DNA from: Candidatus Doudnabacteria bacterium
Lineage (GTDB): Bacteria > Patescibacteriota > Doudnabacteria > UBA920
Assembly (NCBI GenBank): GCA_963837465.1
Contig: CAWINB010000001.1
Location: 501,646-565,645, forward strand
Direction: 5' to 3'
Length of the DNA stretch: 64,000 nucleotides
The notes beneath the pieces were generated by a model, which saw only the letters and a list, made by a program, of their open reading frames with translations, was not told the DNA's origin and searched no databases. Of the stretch, positions 62,051-64,000 are shown piece after piece (position 1 is the stretch's first letter; each line of letters starts with the position of its first letter). The translations under genes and the position numbers were made by a program.

Positions 62051-63517
62051 TTATTTATACTTTTCAAACCATTCAAACAGAATTTCGGTAGCCCTAACAT
62101 CATCCTCGTTATAATCAATAATATCTTGCAGTACTTTAGGGTCATTTTCTTCCAGCCATTTTTCATACCAAAAAATGCTTTGCGCACCGCCAGCTTTAGC
62201 GTCACGCCATTTGAAGTTGATAAATTTAGATTTGGCGATATCTTTAATGGAATAGAAGTAAAGTGGAAAAATCACACTTTCTTTTCTCGTAGTTTCCAAG
62301 TCAAATAATCTGGAATGAAAATTGTTGAACTCTGGAGATCCGCCATAATTTTCTGCCAGTTTGGAAGTCCAAGTTTTTTCATAGTTTGCATAATGATAAA
62401 TTATGTATTCTTTAGGCAAAATTTTTAGCCACTGTATAAAGTCATCCCACATTTCTTTTTCTTGCTCAGGCTGTTCAGCTAAAAAATAAAGAAAATATTT
62501 ACCTTGTTCCGGATATTTTTTTACTTTTCCAACTTTGGCATAGTCAAAATTCGGATCACCGGAAATCCAAAACCCGAATAGATATTGCACTTGCAATAAC
62601 GGGTCTCCTTCAATATCAAAAAATAGCTTCAGTTTAGCCGTTGGCAATTGTGGTTTGGCCAGCCATTTTAGCTCGCCTGCTGCAAGGCTTTGGGCTTGCA
62701 GTTTTATCCTATCCAAGGTTTCTGGTGAGCATTGTGGAATTTTAGGCAGCGATGCCACGTCCATTTTCGCGGCATCTGCAACTGTATTAATGCCGCATTC
62801 GCGTAAAGCTGGATGAGATCTGGCATCCAGTTTATAAATGAGGGCTATGTCATTTTTTTCCTCAGCTTCAGCTACACATTTTTTGTACCAGGGGCTGTCT
62901 TTACAGGTGGAAACTAATTTCAGCGGCGGTTTCTTGCCCCTCAAGATATCTAAAATTTGATTGGTTCTTTCTATGGCTTTTTCCGTGTCCTTTACTTCTG
63001 GATCAAACAATACTGTTTCTTTGTCTTTATTGATAATACCCATACCCTTGGGAAAGGCGCCTTGCAACTGTTCAAGGATAATGCCGTAAATTATTAATTG
63101 GTATTTTTGATCAGGATCGATTTCCTTGGATGACTTAATGTCGATAGGTGTGTATAAATAATTGCCAAATTTTGATTTACCTGGAATTTTTTTTAATAAG
63201 TCCGGTCTGCCACGATAAATAACATCATCCGCTTGGTATTGTATTTCGCCCTGGTAAATCAATTCGGATCCAGACTGCATTAAAGTTAGAGTGGCTTCAA
63301 AAGCCTTGGCCGGGTCTGCAGTCTTTACAGATACAAAATCCAAGTCTTTAATATATTCTTTTTCATGCAACACCCCTTTTTCAAAAAGCTTCAGAGTCAA
63401 TTCTGGAAGTTTGTCCTTATCCTTTGGGTCGCTAAAATAATCGTGCCAGATCCAATGAGGGCATCTGGAGTATTGGAAAAATAACGATGGGGTAAAAATA
63501 ATCTTCTTACTTTGCAT
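62051..63517 (-). CDS. TM0106-family RecB-like nuclease (PD-(D/E)xK N-domain with Cys cluster, RNaseH-like C-domain)
   Basis: N-terminal QYSRCPHWIWHDY with GRPDLL...TPIDIKSSK, and C-terminal FFDIEGDP with YNEDDVRAT. Both are typical of this family. Confidence 0.65.
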   Translation of the reverse strand: MQSKKIIFTPSLFFQYSRCPHWIWHDYFSDPKDKDKLPELTLKLFEKGVLHEKEYIKDLDFVSVKTADPAKAFEATLTLMQSGSELIYQGEIQYQADDVIYRGRPDLLKKIPGKSKFGNYLYTPIDIKSSKEIDPDQKYQLIIYGIILEQLQGAFPKGMGIINKDKETVLFDPEVKDTEKAIERTNQILDILRGKKPPLKLVSTCKDSPWYKKCVAEAEEKNDIALIYKLDARSHPALRECGINTVADAAKMDVASLPKIPQCSPETLDRIKLQAQSLAAGELKWLAKPQLPTAKLKLFFDIEGDPLLQVQYLFGFWISGDPNFDYAKVGKVKKYPEQGKYFLYFLAEQPEQEKEMWDDFIQWLKILPKEYIIYHYANYEKTWTSKLAENYGGSPEFNNFHSRLFDLETTRKESVIFPLYFYSIKDIAKSKFINFKWRDAKAGGAQSIFWYEKWLEENDPKVLQDIIDYNEDDVRATEILFEWFEKYK

Positions 63518-63537
63518 ATGTAATTTAGGGAATAATT

Positions 63538-63888
63538 TTATATCGGAAAAATTACTACAATTGCCGCGCCCGGATACTTCCGCGACGGGAAAGCCGTTTC
63601 AATTTTGCCTTGAACGGTTAAATCCTCAAGTTCTTTCTGTACAACCTGCTGCAATACGCCTGTGCCTTTGCCATGGACAATCCGGCAGAAGGATTCACCT
63701 GAATCGGCCATGTGACTGATATAACCATAAACATTAAGAGAAGCTTCCTGCGCGATCTGGCCGTGAAGATCCAACTCTGGCAATTCACCGGAGCGGTCGG
63801 CTATTTCCGCATGGGTCCGTCTGATTTGTTGTTCGCTAACGTTATCTACCGGCGGCAGGCCTTTATTGGGATTTTTATCTCGGCGCAT
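63538..63888 (-). CDS. Smr-domain protein
   Basis: LDLHGQ ... HGKGTGVL is the Smr signature. Confidence 0.6.
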   Translation of the reverse strand: MRRDKNPNKGLPPVDNVSEQQIRRTHAEIADRSGELPELDLHGQIAQEASLNVYGYISHMADSGESFCRIVHGKGTGVLQQVVQKELEDLTVQGKIETAFPSRKYPGAAIVVIFPI

Positions 63889-64000
63889 AATTATTTGGGT
63901 TTATGGTATTGTAAAGACTTTTCCGCCGGGGAGATGCCGCCTAAGGCTTTGTGGGGAAAATAATTCCAAGCGTCAATGACCACTTCCACAATATCGTTCA

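Noticed and set aside
1-64000. rRNA or tRNA genes anywhere in the window
   Set aside because: No stretch with recognisable rRNA conserved blocks or a complete tRNA cloverleaf was found by eye. A dedicated tRNAscan or Infernal pass would be needed to be certain.

Overview
This 64-kb window is a mosaic of accessory DNA that sits between a few ordinary genes at its two ends: a fasciclin-domain protein, a cupin protein and membrane proteins at the 5' end, and a TM0106/RecB-like nuclease and an Smr-domain protein at the 3' end. GC content is uneven: roughly 33-36% in the restriction/defence operons, 45-50% in the packaging-like modules and the DGR locus, and 52-57% in the 14.6-23 kb island, against about 40% for the flanking genes. 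The main contents follow.
(1) A Ubl-E2-JAB-E1 operon of the Bil/6E class at 2.2-4.2 kb, with a divergent XRE-HTH / ImmA-metallopeptidase (CapH/CapP-like) regulator pair.
(2) Three paralogous ParB-nuclease::DNA-methyltransferase + small-HTH (TerS-like) + terminase-large-subunit-like modules, with no capsid or portal genes nearby.
(3) Three copies of a roughly 180-nt structured RNA leader, each with a conserved core and covarying helices, each upstream of a bacterial PH-domain protein gene.
(4) A higher-GC minus-strand gene cluster containing an SF2 DExH helicase with an upstream partner (a Hachiman-like arrangement), a MoxR-like AAA+ ATPase, a vWA protein and a zinc-ribbon protein.
(5) A low-GC defence island with an uncharacterised four-gene operon built around a 1224-aa protein, a GmrSD-like type IV enzyme, a Type III res/mod system, an Ltp-like superinfection-exclusion protein and a HARE-HTH nuclease. 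Two large serine recombinases bound this region.
(6) A complete diversity-generating retroelement (VR, TR, Avd, RT) with adenine-specific TR/VR mismatches. Its target is an AAA_5 ATPase with a variable C-terminus, followed by a vWA/transglutaminase protein.
The window also contains iteron-like tandem repeat arrays and several terminators and promoters. No rRNA, tRNA or CRISPR array could be supported.
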